The translations under genes were made by a program, and so were the position numbers. A stretch of DNA of 64,000 nt, taken from contig NC_092670.1 in the NCBI RefSeq assembly GCF_964355755.1, positions 22,678,795 through 22,742,794 on the forward strand, in the 5' to 3' direction. Shown in pieces: positions 51,737 to 64,000 of the stretch. Numbering within the stretch: the first letter of the stretch is position 1; every line of letters starts with the position of its first letter. The stretch comes from Antedon mediterranea. Lineage: Eukaryota > Animalia > Echinodermata. A model generated the notes under the pieces. The model had not been told where the DNA came from, made no database searches, and saw only the letters and a list, made by a program, of their open reading frames with translations.

Positions 51737-54683
51737 AGAGTGCATGTAATATAAATGAAACCCAGACAGTTTGAAGTAGATGGGAAATGCTAATGACGAC
51801 TGAGTTACTGAAGAGTTTATGGTTTAATGTACAGGAGAATGTTTTTGAATGTCTTAACCCAACATGATTGTTGCCATACCATGGTCCAACCAGCTAATGG
51901 CCTGCTTTGTATTAACATCTACCAGTCTTAATCAAATTGCAATATTAAAAATACTATTAGCATAACTTTAAACCATTGCTTGCAAAGTAGGTGTTTAAGC
52001 TATTTCTTATTGATATAAGTAAATATGTAATGTATGTGTATAGATCTATTACAATCAATAGTACCAATATCATTGTTTGTCTGTTATCGATTGAGTAGAC
52101 TTGGATGTCCAGATGTGTTAATAATCAATTTGGTAACTTTGAATATTCCCCTTGAGTTCAGGGTAAAATATTTATATCAAAATATCAAATATAATATAAT
52201 AATATATATAATTTATACATAATAATTGTGTGTTCACAATATACAGTTTCTGACACTAACACTTGGTTGTTCCCTAAAGTCAACTTCTTAACTTTTTTTC
52301 ACTGTTGCATGTGTGGTTAAATCATTTTTAATGTTATCCTAGACATAGTTTATCAAAACTTTACATATTTTACCGTTCATAATTCTTTATTATATAAAGT
52401 GCAGGTTTTATTTAGAAGATATAGATATATTTATTATCTCTAATAAAACATATGAATTATATTTTATTTGGGTTTATGGAATAAAAGTTTTAAATGTTTT
52501 TACATGTTTTTACATATTGTGTATAAATTATTTGTATAGATGGATCCATGAGGTATTAATTACACTATATAGATAACATGTGAATTTAAAAGAATTATTT
52601 TATTGTGATATATTAAATAAACTTTTCAAAATGTTAATAAGAATCACTGTTTTATTTTTTAAAGTTTTTGTACAGGCAAAAAAAATCTACCATACATTCC
52701 ACCAATAATTATCGATGTCGATTGATTCCCATATATTGATTTCTTTATGACACTTTTGGTCTTCTTAACTTAGTAACATCTTTATATTGCCATATCTTCC
52801 GTATGGTAGGCATATCCTTATTACAAACACACATCAGAATGCTTGAAACAAAGAGGTAAAGACTAAAATAGAGAACTAATCACCTATCAAATTGGTTCCA
52901 GGCTGTCAAGTTTGACAATAAAAGTGTGATGTTCCCAAATGTGGTATTGATATGACGTCATCCCATATATGGGCACATCACATTTTGTTCTCACAAAGTT
53001 TGCTTTTGGAAAGAGGCACGCATTTATTTTATTATAAATTATAGAGGGCGAGATGCGATTACTCTATTTGCATTTTTGCCACCTGGCCACACCTGACATT
53101 CCTAACAACTTGTTGAAATACTACTTGATGGTCAGCAGATCTTTCCGTTTACGCGCGGCAGCCTTTTAGTCTAACTACTGTACAAAATAACTAAATGTAA
53201 GTTCTATTAACAGTTAAAATATTGTTTAGGTAATATATATCGTTATTCTACAGACAGAAAGTATGTAAATAAGTCTAAATCAACGTTAAGAACGGCCCTT
53301 AAATTTAGTATTTATAGTCTACAGGAAACTACAGTAGACCAGTATCTGCAATGAAAGGTAATTTGATTAAAACGTTAACAAGATTTTACTAAGTAGAGGT
53401 TCAAACAAACCTAACGATTGATTTAGTTAAATAATTATTTTCAGCGAATAATTAATTACAGTAAATTTTATACGGCCGGCCCACCCCAAAGAAATTTAAT
53501 TTAAAACAATCTTTAAAACAAAGAGGGCAGTAGAGTTACAGAAAATAAAGAAACAAAAAAGAAAATCTTGAATATGAACGACTTGAATAAAATCAATTAT
53601 TAAAATGGGTAAAACATCATTTTACAGCATCATGGAGGTAGGTTATAATTGTTTAAATATTTCTTTTAGAGTCTGTGTTCATAAATACTAATTTATGTTG
53701 TTTACATTGGCCTAAAACAACTGATGATGTTAGGCCCTATAAAGATGAGGATGCCAGTTTAACACCATGCGGGTAAACAATCATCTTCTCCGGGAGTGTG
53801 AAACTCAAACGCACCACGCACAGAATACATGCAAGCCTAGCCTTGATTTAATCTCATCTATTTCTGATGTCAGTGTCCTAACGGTTGATAATCTACGATA
53901 TTATCTAATAAGTACTTAATTTACTACACTTATGTTTATTTGCCATCTTCCAATAAATTATTTTTCTGAACATCTATTTTTACATTGAATCCGATTTGAA
54001 CTCAGTTTTGATCGTTCACAATCACATGCCTTTTGATTAACATTGTTGATACAAATCCGGTTCTTAACTATATTAAACCAGAATAAAGTTGTAATAATTT
54101 ATCTCAAGATAGTAAAAAAACCTCAAATCAATAATTGGCATTATTATGTTGTTTGTATTGTTTTAAAGCAAATATTGATAAAAGTACTGATATTAGATAA
54201 TACTAATTATACACCATCAGTTACTCTAGGGTGCCAATAAGTTATTTTTACCATGTTGAACTTAAATCACACCTTGCTGATGCCTGATAAAGTAGTATTG
54301 TACAGTAACTATAATTATACGCCAATGAATGAGCTCTGCGTGATCCAAGAATAGCATACCTCAAGTGAATCTATAAGGATATTGATCAGTAAATATTCAT
54401 ATACTGATAAAGCATCATATATTTAGAACAAGTTGTTATTTTTAGACTATATTTAGGCCATAGCAAATAGATGAGATCGTTCTTGTCAGCCACCCGCTTG
54501 AAAAATTTGGCACTGTATCAAAAAATTCCATCTTTGTTTTTTAAATAAATAAATGTTGTTCATTGTTCAAAAGTGAAAAATAATAATGATATTTGCAAAA
54601 ATATGTTATTGACTTAATGTTACTGTAATCTAAAATTTATGGCTTAACTGGATGTAGACCTAACTAGCTTGTTGCTAACAGTT

Positions 54684-54827
54684 GCGATGCATTGAGTGTT
54701 TGCGCATGCGACGCATTGAGGGTTTACGCATGCGACGCATTGAGCGTTTACGCATGCGACGCATTGAGTGTTTGCGCATGTGATGCATTGAGCGTTTGCG
54801 CATGTGACGCATTGAGTGTTTGTGCAT
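54684..54827. repeat. 24-bp minisatellite, 6 copies
   Basis: Unit GCGACGCATTGAGTGTTTGCGCAT. Confidence 0.9.
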
Positions 54828-56260
54828 GGTAATAACAAAATTTAATTCGAGAATTTTTCATTTGAATTTTTATTTGCATGTCTATAAAATTCAGCTTTTA
54901 AGTGTAGTTTAACAGTTAATCATTGTTATAATGTTTCACCATGAAAACAAAGTGTCCATTTGATACGTCTTCACATTAGTGTTAGTTTGTGGTAAAACTG
55001 ACCATATTGCATTTAGATAATAGAATAGAAAGAGGCTGATTACTTTATTTTAGTTTGACTTCTATGAACTTTACTTAATTCACCACAATTCACTGAACTT
55101 AGAAAGGTTGTATATTTACCTTATAATACAAACTTAACTTAATTTTAGATTATGTGATTACCAACTTAGAAAACTAAAAGTTCATAGAAAACATTTGAAA
55201 CATTGGAAACTATTAATATATTAGATTAAAATTGAAATGCATAATGGTTGAAAATCATGTTAATTATGGTAGTAATGACACTGAGATTGTCTGCTATTAT
55301 AAGTTTGATATGATCTCTACATCTTTTCTGCAGAGTTTGTTTTATTTATTTATTATGTTAATTAGTGTTTTTTATTTTTCTATAAATAACTAAATTAATG
55401 GTGAACATACATTTATGTTGTTTCTGAAAGAAATTTTTTCTAAACTATTAAATAACTACTATTAGTACTACCAATGACAACAGAGGCTACAAGCCCAGTT
55501 TCAACTTTTTAGAAACATTCATCTCTCTGCACGTATTGTAATAATTTTCTTTATTTTCTATTTTTAGCTATAGACAGTAAATAACTATGTTTAACATTGT
55601 AATTAGATGATATTTGTGATACAGGGTACATTAATAACATTAATAATGATGAGTATATGCAGTGCTTGATATGTTATGATAATGGCTATTGTTTTTCTAT
55701 TTTTAGCCCAATTCTATGTTAACTCTTTAAATACTACATATGGGGTTTGTGATAGCTAGTTTTGCTTATGTTTCAAAAACATGCGATATATGCATGCATG
55801 GAGTAATGCATGATATGCCAATAAAAGTCTATTTTCGTCCAGACTAATTATTATAATATCTTGGTTCATTTCTTATTGAAGTACTTATACTAACACAATA
55901 GCATATTGTTTGATGCTAGCTACTTTATAGATAAGGATAACATTTAGTTATTGTATTCAGACAACATAATAATCAGATATAATATTTATAATCAATGATA
56001 TGTTATATGGGGTCAATGTCGTGTCAAAATCTGAATCTGTGTGGATTTAAACGCTGCATTTGGTATAAAAATGTCTAAAGCATCGATCATACTTAATTTG
56101 GTCAAATTAACTTGACCAAAAAAAAAAGTCCTGGTTTACAATTCCCTCAATTAATTGTTAATTATACTGATCACACCTGCCCAGTAGAACTCTCTATGTG
56201 GTCTGGGTAAAACCATGTGAGCTTAAAATTACGAATACTCCAGGAGTTTATAACATTCAC

Positions 56261-56279
56261 CATGGAGGTTTCCTCCATG
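56261..56279. mobile_element. 19-bp palindromic micro-insertion CATGGAGG-ttt-CCTCCATG
   Basis: Perfect 7-bp flanking duplication CATTCAC (56254-56260 and 56280-56286). Confidence 0.75.
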
Positions 56280-57399
56280 CATTCACCATCTGCTTCATTC
56301 ATATGTTATAATGTCAGTTAAATTTTGAATGTGAAACCATAGTAAAACCAAGAAATATTTCTTACAAAAAACGCTGCTCGCTTATTGAAAAATATTTTTT
56401 ATTTCAAATGTTTTTGAATGTGTCATTTTATTGTCACATAATAGATAGTTATTTTACCTGAAAAAATGTAATTTAAAGCAACAAATACTTAAATTGTCTG
56501 TCAGACAATGGTTTTTGGGTTTCTTTTCATTTTTTATATGTGAATAAATATTACTTTTTTGTTACAGAAGTGAATACTCAATTTCTGTCACTTTAGTTAA
56601 TTTTATTGCTAAGGTCAAATCTGGGGGTCACTTCATCACCCTAGATATTTCAATTGTGAAGTATCCTATTACAAACACAAACTTTAATGGACTGTTTCGA
56701 TAATAATTCAATGAATATCTGACACTGACAGTGAATATAGGGATTTGTAATTTTAGCATGACATGTCCTAATAGACTCTTTCCCAGCCGTTTTTTGGGTC
56801 TACTGTAGCAGCTGGAATCAATAAATCATAGTGGAGTTTCCATTTTCACAAAACTGTCTGTCCTTAGAACTATAACTGCTGCTTGCTTTAGCTTCTGATT
56901 GAGTAGTCCTAATGGGACGTAGCGGGCTAGAGCAGCAGCGTGATAACCAAGGGGAAATTATCCAAGTGTGAACAATTGTCAAATTTACCGATGGCCTTGG
57001 GTAAATTTACCATCTTTTAAGTTTAGTGCAAACAAGGCTTAAGTATCGCACACAGTGTATTCTCAAATTTATGTTGTGGTTAGATTCGGTTATGTAGACA
57101 GAAGTGTACATTTTAATGCAGAACAAACAAAAACCAAATTAATTTTGAATTGTCAAAATGAATTATTAAATTTGCCTATGATGACTAGACTTTTATACTC
57201 AAATTATGAACAGCTTGAACAACAACCAATTTCATAAAACACCACAATAAAATATTGTGAATGAATATTAATTTTCATTTTTAATTCATGAATCAAGAAA
57301 CGTATACTGGTAGACGTAATCTAATTTGTATTATATGTAACTAGCTGCATTTACTTATTTTGCAGAAATAATTAATTATACAGTATCCCCTTTTACAAT

Positions 57400-57759
57400 A
57401 ATGGTATCACCCATAATATGGGCTGATGTTATCGATTGCATCATAGCAAAGCGGGGCTTTTGATTGGCTAGAAGTGTGCTTGGTAAAAAGTGTGGTTAGG
57501 GTATGTTGAATGCCTGCTCAAGATGTGGTGTGATTCAGTTGTTCTTACTGACATTATTATCTGATGGCAAATACCGTTTTTTTCTGATATTTTCTGTGCA
57601 GTATAAAAAGGGTGGGATTTGAGGAAAGCGTCAATTTTAAGACGAACGCTCGGTACTAGTGCATGCTTGATAGTAGTGCAGGCTCGTATTAGTACGCTTT
57701 TTTTAGAAGCAGTGTTGTAACAACAGCACTTCATCTCTTCTGTGCTTTTCTTCTCTGAG
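57400..57759 (+). promoter_or_regulatory. Putative FASN promoter and non-coding exon 1
   Basis: SRE-like ATCACCCA (about 57406), inverted CCAAT (ATTGG, about 57463), TATAAAA (57602), donor GAG|GTAGGA at 57760; matching acceptor AG at 58948 just before the ATG. Confidence 0.55.
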
Positions 57760-58959
57760 GTAGGATCAGTTTAAAAATTATTTTAAAATTAATTTTATGC
57801 AACTAGGCCGTAGATTAAACTTTAGTGTACAGTGGAGAAACATAGGCTAGAATAAACCTTGTGGTGTTTTAGTGTTATGTACATAATTTGTTTAAAATAT
57901 TTTTTTGTGCTTAATTTCAATAACCTAAATTATTAATGATTGTTGTAGCAATTCACATTTAGAAATACTGTAAACTTAAAACAAAAAATATATTGGCACA
58001 CTGTACGAAATTTTGACAATTATCATTTAGTAGGTTAGCTAGTAATGATTATCCAAACCAAAGGTTTTTGGCAGGCGAATGCTAGTAATAACACTTGGGA
58101 GAGGTCCATCTAAATAAATTATTTGAAGTTGGCTTCTAACCATAATTTTACATTCAGTTTCTCATTTAGGCTTAATTAATTACGGTATAACTGTAAAATA
58201 AAACCACATGATAAATATTCTCTTGTGTCGTGTAATTGGTGAAGTGCGAATAAAATAAACAACAATATTCCTGTTTATGAATAAACTATGCAGTAGAGAG
58301 AATGATGAGGTGATATTTTAAAATGTTACGCCTCAGTGATTTCTCTCAGAGGAAACTCTTGAATGGGGAATACAGATTGGCTGTTTGCCAATTAATATTT
58401 CTATGGCAACACATATGAGGTGATTTTCATTCAGCTGATTCTTATGGGCTGATATTGATAAAAATGAAGTACTTTGTGGCAGATGGTATATTGTATTTCA
58501 TCATTAATGTTTATTTGAAGTTTTTATAGGTAATGAGATATATCTCACCATTTGTTTTGTATAAAGTTCCTCAGCCAATACATTTATAATTTTTTATTTT
58601 TAAAATACATTTCATACAAATCATAATTTTTTCTGTTTTAGTTTTTTATTGTAGTACTGTAATTGAATTTATATTTATTGGATAAAATAAATAAAATGGT
58701 GTTATTTAAATAGATGTTTTATGTCCAAACAAAAAACAAAAACAAAAATGACAAACCAGGATTGTCTTTTCCTTGCACCCCTCCCCACCCCCCCCCCTAT
58801 TTCATGAAACATGGGAGAAGATTTGGTTCAGTATTTCAATTTTTGTGCCTTTATAATTGTCTCCTTTTTAAAAAAACTTTAACTGCGATTTCTTGGTTTT
58901 ATGCAGCAAATAAAGTTTTATTTTGTTTTTTTATGAACTACTTGATAGTCACAAGCAAT

Positions 58960-61900
58960 ATGGAGCCATCAGCAGATGACATTGTTATTGGAGGGATCTC
59001 AGGCCGTCTTCCTGAATCAGACAATCTACAAGAATTCTGGCAACACTTGATCAATGGCGAGGATATGGTTACAGAAGATGACCGCAGATGGTTGCCAGGT
59101 AAAGACAAATTTTGTAGCAAATCATTTTAAAACTTAAGGTATCTATATTCACTCATGATTATTATTTTGAATTTAAACCGTCTAAAATAAAACTTTTAAT
59201 AATGGAAATCAACAGTTTCGTTATTGCCTTTCTTTACGCCATTCCAAATTCAATCAAGAAATCTGAATTCACACACCAAATCCCACCTATTTAATTTGCA
59301 CTTTCTTCATTATTCTTTTCTGTTCATTGTGGAGCGCTTAAAGACTCCCTGCATTTGTGCTACCATATATTTCGGTGTATAAGTCGCACCTATGTATAAG
59401 ACGCACCCCCTAACTGAGAGTAAAATATCGGTATTTTATATATCGTCGATGTATAAGACGCACCTTATATTTCATCAAAACAATTTTTTTTTAAATTGTA
59501 ATCAATATTATTTTGTTATATCTACAACGGCGTCCTTTATTTCGATTTTTTTCTTACCAAGGCTCGGCCGCGCTCAGGCTCAACAAGTTCTTTCTAACTT
59601 GTTATTCATGAGTTTCACACCGAAATATACGGTATATTAAAGGAAAGGAACACCCTGGGCTAAATGTGCCACTGTGCTTATAGATAAATGTAATAAAAAC
59701 ATGATTACAATGGTTCAAGGTACAATAGTAAGCAATTTAGTTAAAAAATAGACTTTTAAACGACAACATATCGGAAATTGAACAGCGCCATTTTGACAGG
59801 TTAAGAGCAAATATGTGACGTCAGATTAGGTGGACGCATTCAAGCAAATCCAAGCGTCCATCGTCTTAGTACAGTATTTCAATATGGAAGTGCGGGATAT
59901 AACCATAAATAAAATCAATTAAATAGCCTAACATACCTAATAATTCGGAATATGGCTTGGAGTTTTTATAATTCAGAAAATTTGGAACCAGAATATACAG
60001 AAAGAGAGTTAGTTTTGCGTTGTGCAGATGAGGAAAAAAGAAGAGAAGAAGAACATTCTCGAGCATAACAAGCCGTCGAAGAATGGTGTACTTTCGGCCA
60101 GTGTATCTGTACTGTATGCCTTACTAGGCCTAGAACTCGTGTTGAACGAAAATAAAGTAGACACTGCATCGTCAACCAACAGCCTTCGTTTGGAAGGTTT
60201 GCCAGTTAATTCCCCTACCAAATCCCGTTTGAAACAGCTAGGCAATAAAAGTAACAATAGATTAATAATAGCTGAAAGATTTACGAATTGGCTTGCAGAA
60301 GAAAAGATCGAGCGAAGGTTTGTTTACCAAGCCAGCGCATGCTCATACCGCGTCATCGCCGTCCTGCATGACCGCATGTCGCGTTATTAGCCAATCATAT
60401 TAGCGGATTCGCTTATCCAATAGAAGCGCCGAATGCAACCGCGAATCTTAAAATTTTCGTCGGCCGTATCTGACGTCACAAACAGGCTGCCATGAGCACA
60501 AGATGGCGATTTTCAAATGTCTTGAAAACAGCTTTAAATTCCTGTTTACTAGAAAACTACAAATCCGATTTAAACATAAATTGTTCTGAATATTAAGTTG
60601 GTAGGGTTACTTTTATAATAGTTAGGTAAAATATTAGGTTGTTCCTTTCCTTTAAATTGAACTTATTATTATTATTATACATTTTTATTTATTTATTTCA
60701 TTTTCAGGACTTTATGGTTTGCCAAAAAGGAACGGTAAAATAAATAGCTTGGCTCACTTTGATGCAGTATTCTTTGGTGTCCATGCAAAGCAAGCTCATA
60801 CGATGGACCCACAACTTCGCTTGATGCTAGAAATTACATATGAAGCAATCGTTGATGCAGGTAATTAATGTTAATTAAAGGATTTCCAATAAAAAAACAC
60901 AATATAAGAAGGTAGAAACTAAGTAAAGCTCTGTCTACACTATCAAACTTTGTGATAAAAAAAATCTAATATACCTATATATGGACATGTCATTTTACTA
61001 ACATATTTGGGAATGTCACTACCATATTTGGGCACATCACACTTTTTTTTATCAAACTAGTGTCATAGTGTAGACAGAGCTTAAGAACTACAGTAAAACG
61101 TGTATTAAAAAGGAAAAAAAAGGGTTTCTCCTGAATAGAGATCTTCCAAAGGTGCGGTTTTACTTTCATAAGAGATCGGTTTGACGTAATGGCCTTAGGG
61201 CTCTGTTTTAGAAGAATGCAAGATAAGGCATGGGTCGTCTGTAGAGGACCTAATCCAAATTTCCGAAGTAAGGTACAATAAACCCGTTATTTCTTGTTTG
61301 TTTCTAGGTATTGATCCAGAGTCTCTGCGTGGCAGCAACACAGGTGTATTTGTTGGTAGCAGTGGATCTGAGGCATCTGAAGGGTTTGGAAATGACCCTG
61401 ATACCCTACAAGGATACACAATGACTGGGTGCAACAGGGCTATGTTAGCTAATAGAGTCTCATTTTTCTTTGATCTCAAAGGTAGGTTAAACCAATTTTT
61501 AATTCTATATAGTTTCACTATTTAAATTGTACTCTAAATGACGTTATTTATAGTTCATTTTGGTATAGTTCTACTCAGTTTCTCTCAAACTCAACATGAT
61601 AATATAGTACAGGAAATATATGCACATAATTAGTAAAACGTTGAAAAAGAGAATTTACCTTTTAACCACCTATTGCCACTTTATAAATACATAATAATAT
61701 TGACTGATGGGTTGTGTTTAATGGAGCATGCACACCTTTTGAAATTTAGTGTTGGTTACACACCCATATGATCCTTATTGTAAATATATGTATAATTGTA
61801 TTTAACAGGACCAAGTTACAGTTTAGATACAGCCTGTTCTTCAGGGCTGCTTTGCCTAGAAAATGCAGTCCAGGCTATTCGCAGCGGACAATGTGATGCT

Positions 61901-62009
61901 GCCATTGTTGGTGGCCTTAATATACTGCTAAAGCCCCATAATGCCTTGCAGTTTCTAAAACTTGGAATGTTGTCTCCTGAGGGAGCTTGCAAATCCTTTG
62001 ATGTTGAAG
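58960..62009 (+). CDS. FASN: Fatty acid synthase (ketosynthase domain; partial, continues beyond the window)
   Basis: Exons 58960-59098, 60708-60860, 61308-61481, 61809-62009. Motifs [59 protein letters not shown], and active-site DTACSS. Confidence 0.92.
59363..59632. mobile_element. Tc1/mariner(pogo)-like MITE
   Basis: TA-CCATATATTTCGGTGT ... ACACCGAAATATACGG-TA, with internal TATAAGACGCACC repeats. Confidence 0.75.
59641..60651. mobile_element. Non-autonomous Kolobok-like element
   Basis: TTAA TSD; TIR AGGAAAGGAACA / TGTTCCTTTCCT; subterminal inverted TGACGTCAGAT / ATCTGACGTCA. Confidence 0.8.
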
Positions 62010-62049
62010 GTAATTTATATTATATATATTTATATCCGTATCATGGTTG

Positions 62050-63950
62050 AATTGTCACAGTCACCACCATCAGTTTGACCATTGTAACTGTCACCACCAT
62101 CACTTTTACCATTGTCATTGTCACCACCATCACTTTTACCATTGTCACCACCATCACTTTTACCTTTTTCACTGTCACCACCATCACTTTTACCATTGTC
62201 ACTATCACCACCATCACTTTTACCATTGTCATTGTCACCACCATCACTTTTACCATTGTCACTATCACCACCATCACTTTTACCATTGTCATTGTCACCA
62301 CCATCACTTTTACCATTGTCACTATCACCACCATCACTTTTACCATTGTCATTGTCACCACCATCACTTTTACCATTGTCACTGTCACCACCATCACTTT
62401 TACCATTGTCACTGGCACCACCATCACTTTTACCATTGTCATTGGCACCACCATCACTTTTACCATTTTCACTGTCACCACCATCACTTTTACCATTTTC
62501 ACTGTCACCACCATCACTTTTACCATTGTCATTGTCACCACCATCACTTTTACCATTTTCACTGTCACCATCATCATTTTTACCATTGTCATTGTCACCA
62601 CCATCACTTTTACCATTGTCACCATCATCACTTTTACCATTGTCATTGTCACCACCATCACTTTTACCATTTTCACTGTCACCATCATCACTTTTACCAT
62701 TGTCATTGTCACCATCATCACTTTTACCATTGTCATTGTCACCATCATCACTTTTACCATTGTCATTGTCACCACCATCACTTTTACCATTGTCATTGTC
62801 ACCATCATCACTTCCACCATTGTCATTGTCACCACCATCACTTTTACCATTGTCATTGTCACCATCATCACTTTTACCATTGTCATTGTCACCATCATCA
62901 CTTCCACCATTGTCATTGTCACCATCATCACTTTTACCATTTTCATTGTCACCACCATCACTTTTACCATTTTCATTCTCACCACCATCACTTCCACCAT
63001 TGTCATTGTCACCACCATCACTTTTATCATTTTCATTGTAACCACCATCACTTTTACCATTGTCATTGTCACCATCATCACTTTTACCATTGTCATTGTC
63101 ACCATCATCACTTTTACCATTGTCATTGTCACCATCATCACTTTTGTCATTGTCACCATCATCACTTTTGTTATTGTCACCATCATCACTTTTGTTATTG
63201 TCACCATCATCACTTTTGTCATTGTCACCATCATCACTTTTACCATTGTCATTGTCACCATCATCACTTTTACCATTGTCATTGTCACCATCATCACTTT
63301 TGTTATTGTCACCATCATCACTTGTACCATTGTTATTGTCACCATCATCACTTGTACCATTGTCATTGTCACCATCATCACTTTTGTTATTGTCACCATC
63401 ATCACTTTTGTTATTGTCACCATCATCACTTGTACCATTGTCATTGTCACCATCATCACTTTTGTTATTGTCACCATCATCACTTTTGTTATTGTCACCA
63501 TCATCACTTTTGTTATTGTCACCATCACTTTTACCATTGTCATTGTCACCATCATCACTTGTACCATTGTCATTGTCACCATCATCACTTTTGTTATTGT
63601 CACCATCATCACTTTTGTTATTGTCACCATCATCACTTGTACCATTGTCATTGTCACCATCATCACTTTTGTCATTGTTACCATCATCACTTTTGTCATT
63701 GTCACCATCATCACTTTTGTCATTGTCACCATCATCACTTTTACCATTGTCATTGTCACCACCATCACTTTTACCATTTTCATTGTCACCATCATCACTT
63801 TTACCATTGTCATTGTCACCATCATCACTTTTGTTATTGTCACCATCATCACTTGTACCATTGTCACTGCCACAATCATTGTCAATATTGTCACAATCAC
63901 CACTACCAACATCATACACTATCACCATCATGGTCATCACCATTACTATC
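62050..63950. repeat. 30/24-bp minisatellite in the FASN intron
   Basis: Unit TTGTCACCACCATCACTTTTACCATTGTCA with 24-bp deletion variants; begins just after the donor at 62010. Confidence 0.95.
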
Positions 63951-64000
63951 ACATTTTTTTATTTTACAACACTACATGCACTTGGTTTATATTTTATACA

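Noticed and set aside
59866-60390. ORFs inside the Kolobok-like element as a transposase
   Set aside because: Short, with no recognisable DDE or THAP motifs.
62030-63952. Long ORFs (640 aa Asp/Gly-rich, 624 aa Met/Val-rich, 309 aa) resembling a low-complexity acidic or biomineral protein
   Set aside because: They coincide exactly with a minisatellite whose unit lengths are multiples of 3 and lack stops in several frames. It lies in a FASN intron with no unique coding flanks or convincing signal peptide.

Overview
AT-rich animal (invertebrate-type) genomic DNA with spliceosomal introns. Positions 1-32366 form a rolling-circle transposon complex. It has three parts: (i) the promoter-side tail of one large Helentron/Helitron2-type element (1-3193); (ii) a ~13 kb cluster of related 1.1-1.6 kb non-autonomous units with left end TT(A/G)GTTATCCGC-loop-GCGGATAAC and right end GCGGATAAC + hairpin + CTAG; and (iii) a large element on the minus strand encoding a ~3100-aa polyprotein broken by one in-frame TAG (TM helix, PHD, herpes-type cysteine peptidase, OTU, 18-aa repeats, Zn finger, HUH Rep, PIF1 helicase, AP endonuclease). 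The most notable feature is that the units are not a simple tandem repeat. At least one is demonstrably inserted into a T-rich site ~70 bp inside the left end of another. Several others start at that same site with no left end, which suggests a self-targeting nested stack whose orphan left ends should lie upstream of the window. Positions 32.4-64 kb hold four plus-strand host genes (MMD/MMD2-like, OGFOD3, PCYT2 with a U12-type intron, and the 5' part of FASN), plus many MITEs and minisatellites. All calls come from reading the sequence by eye; no searches were run.
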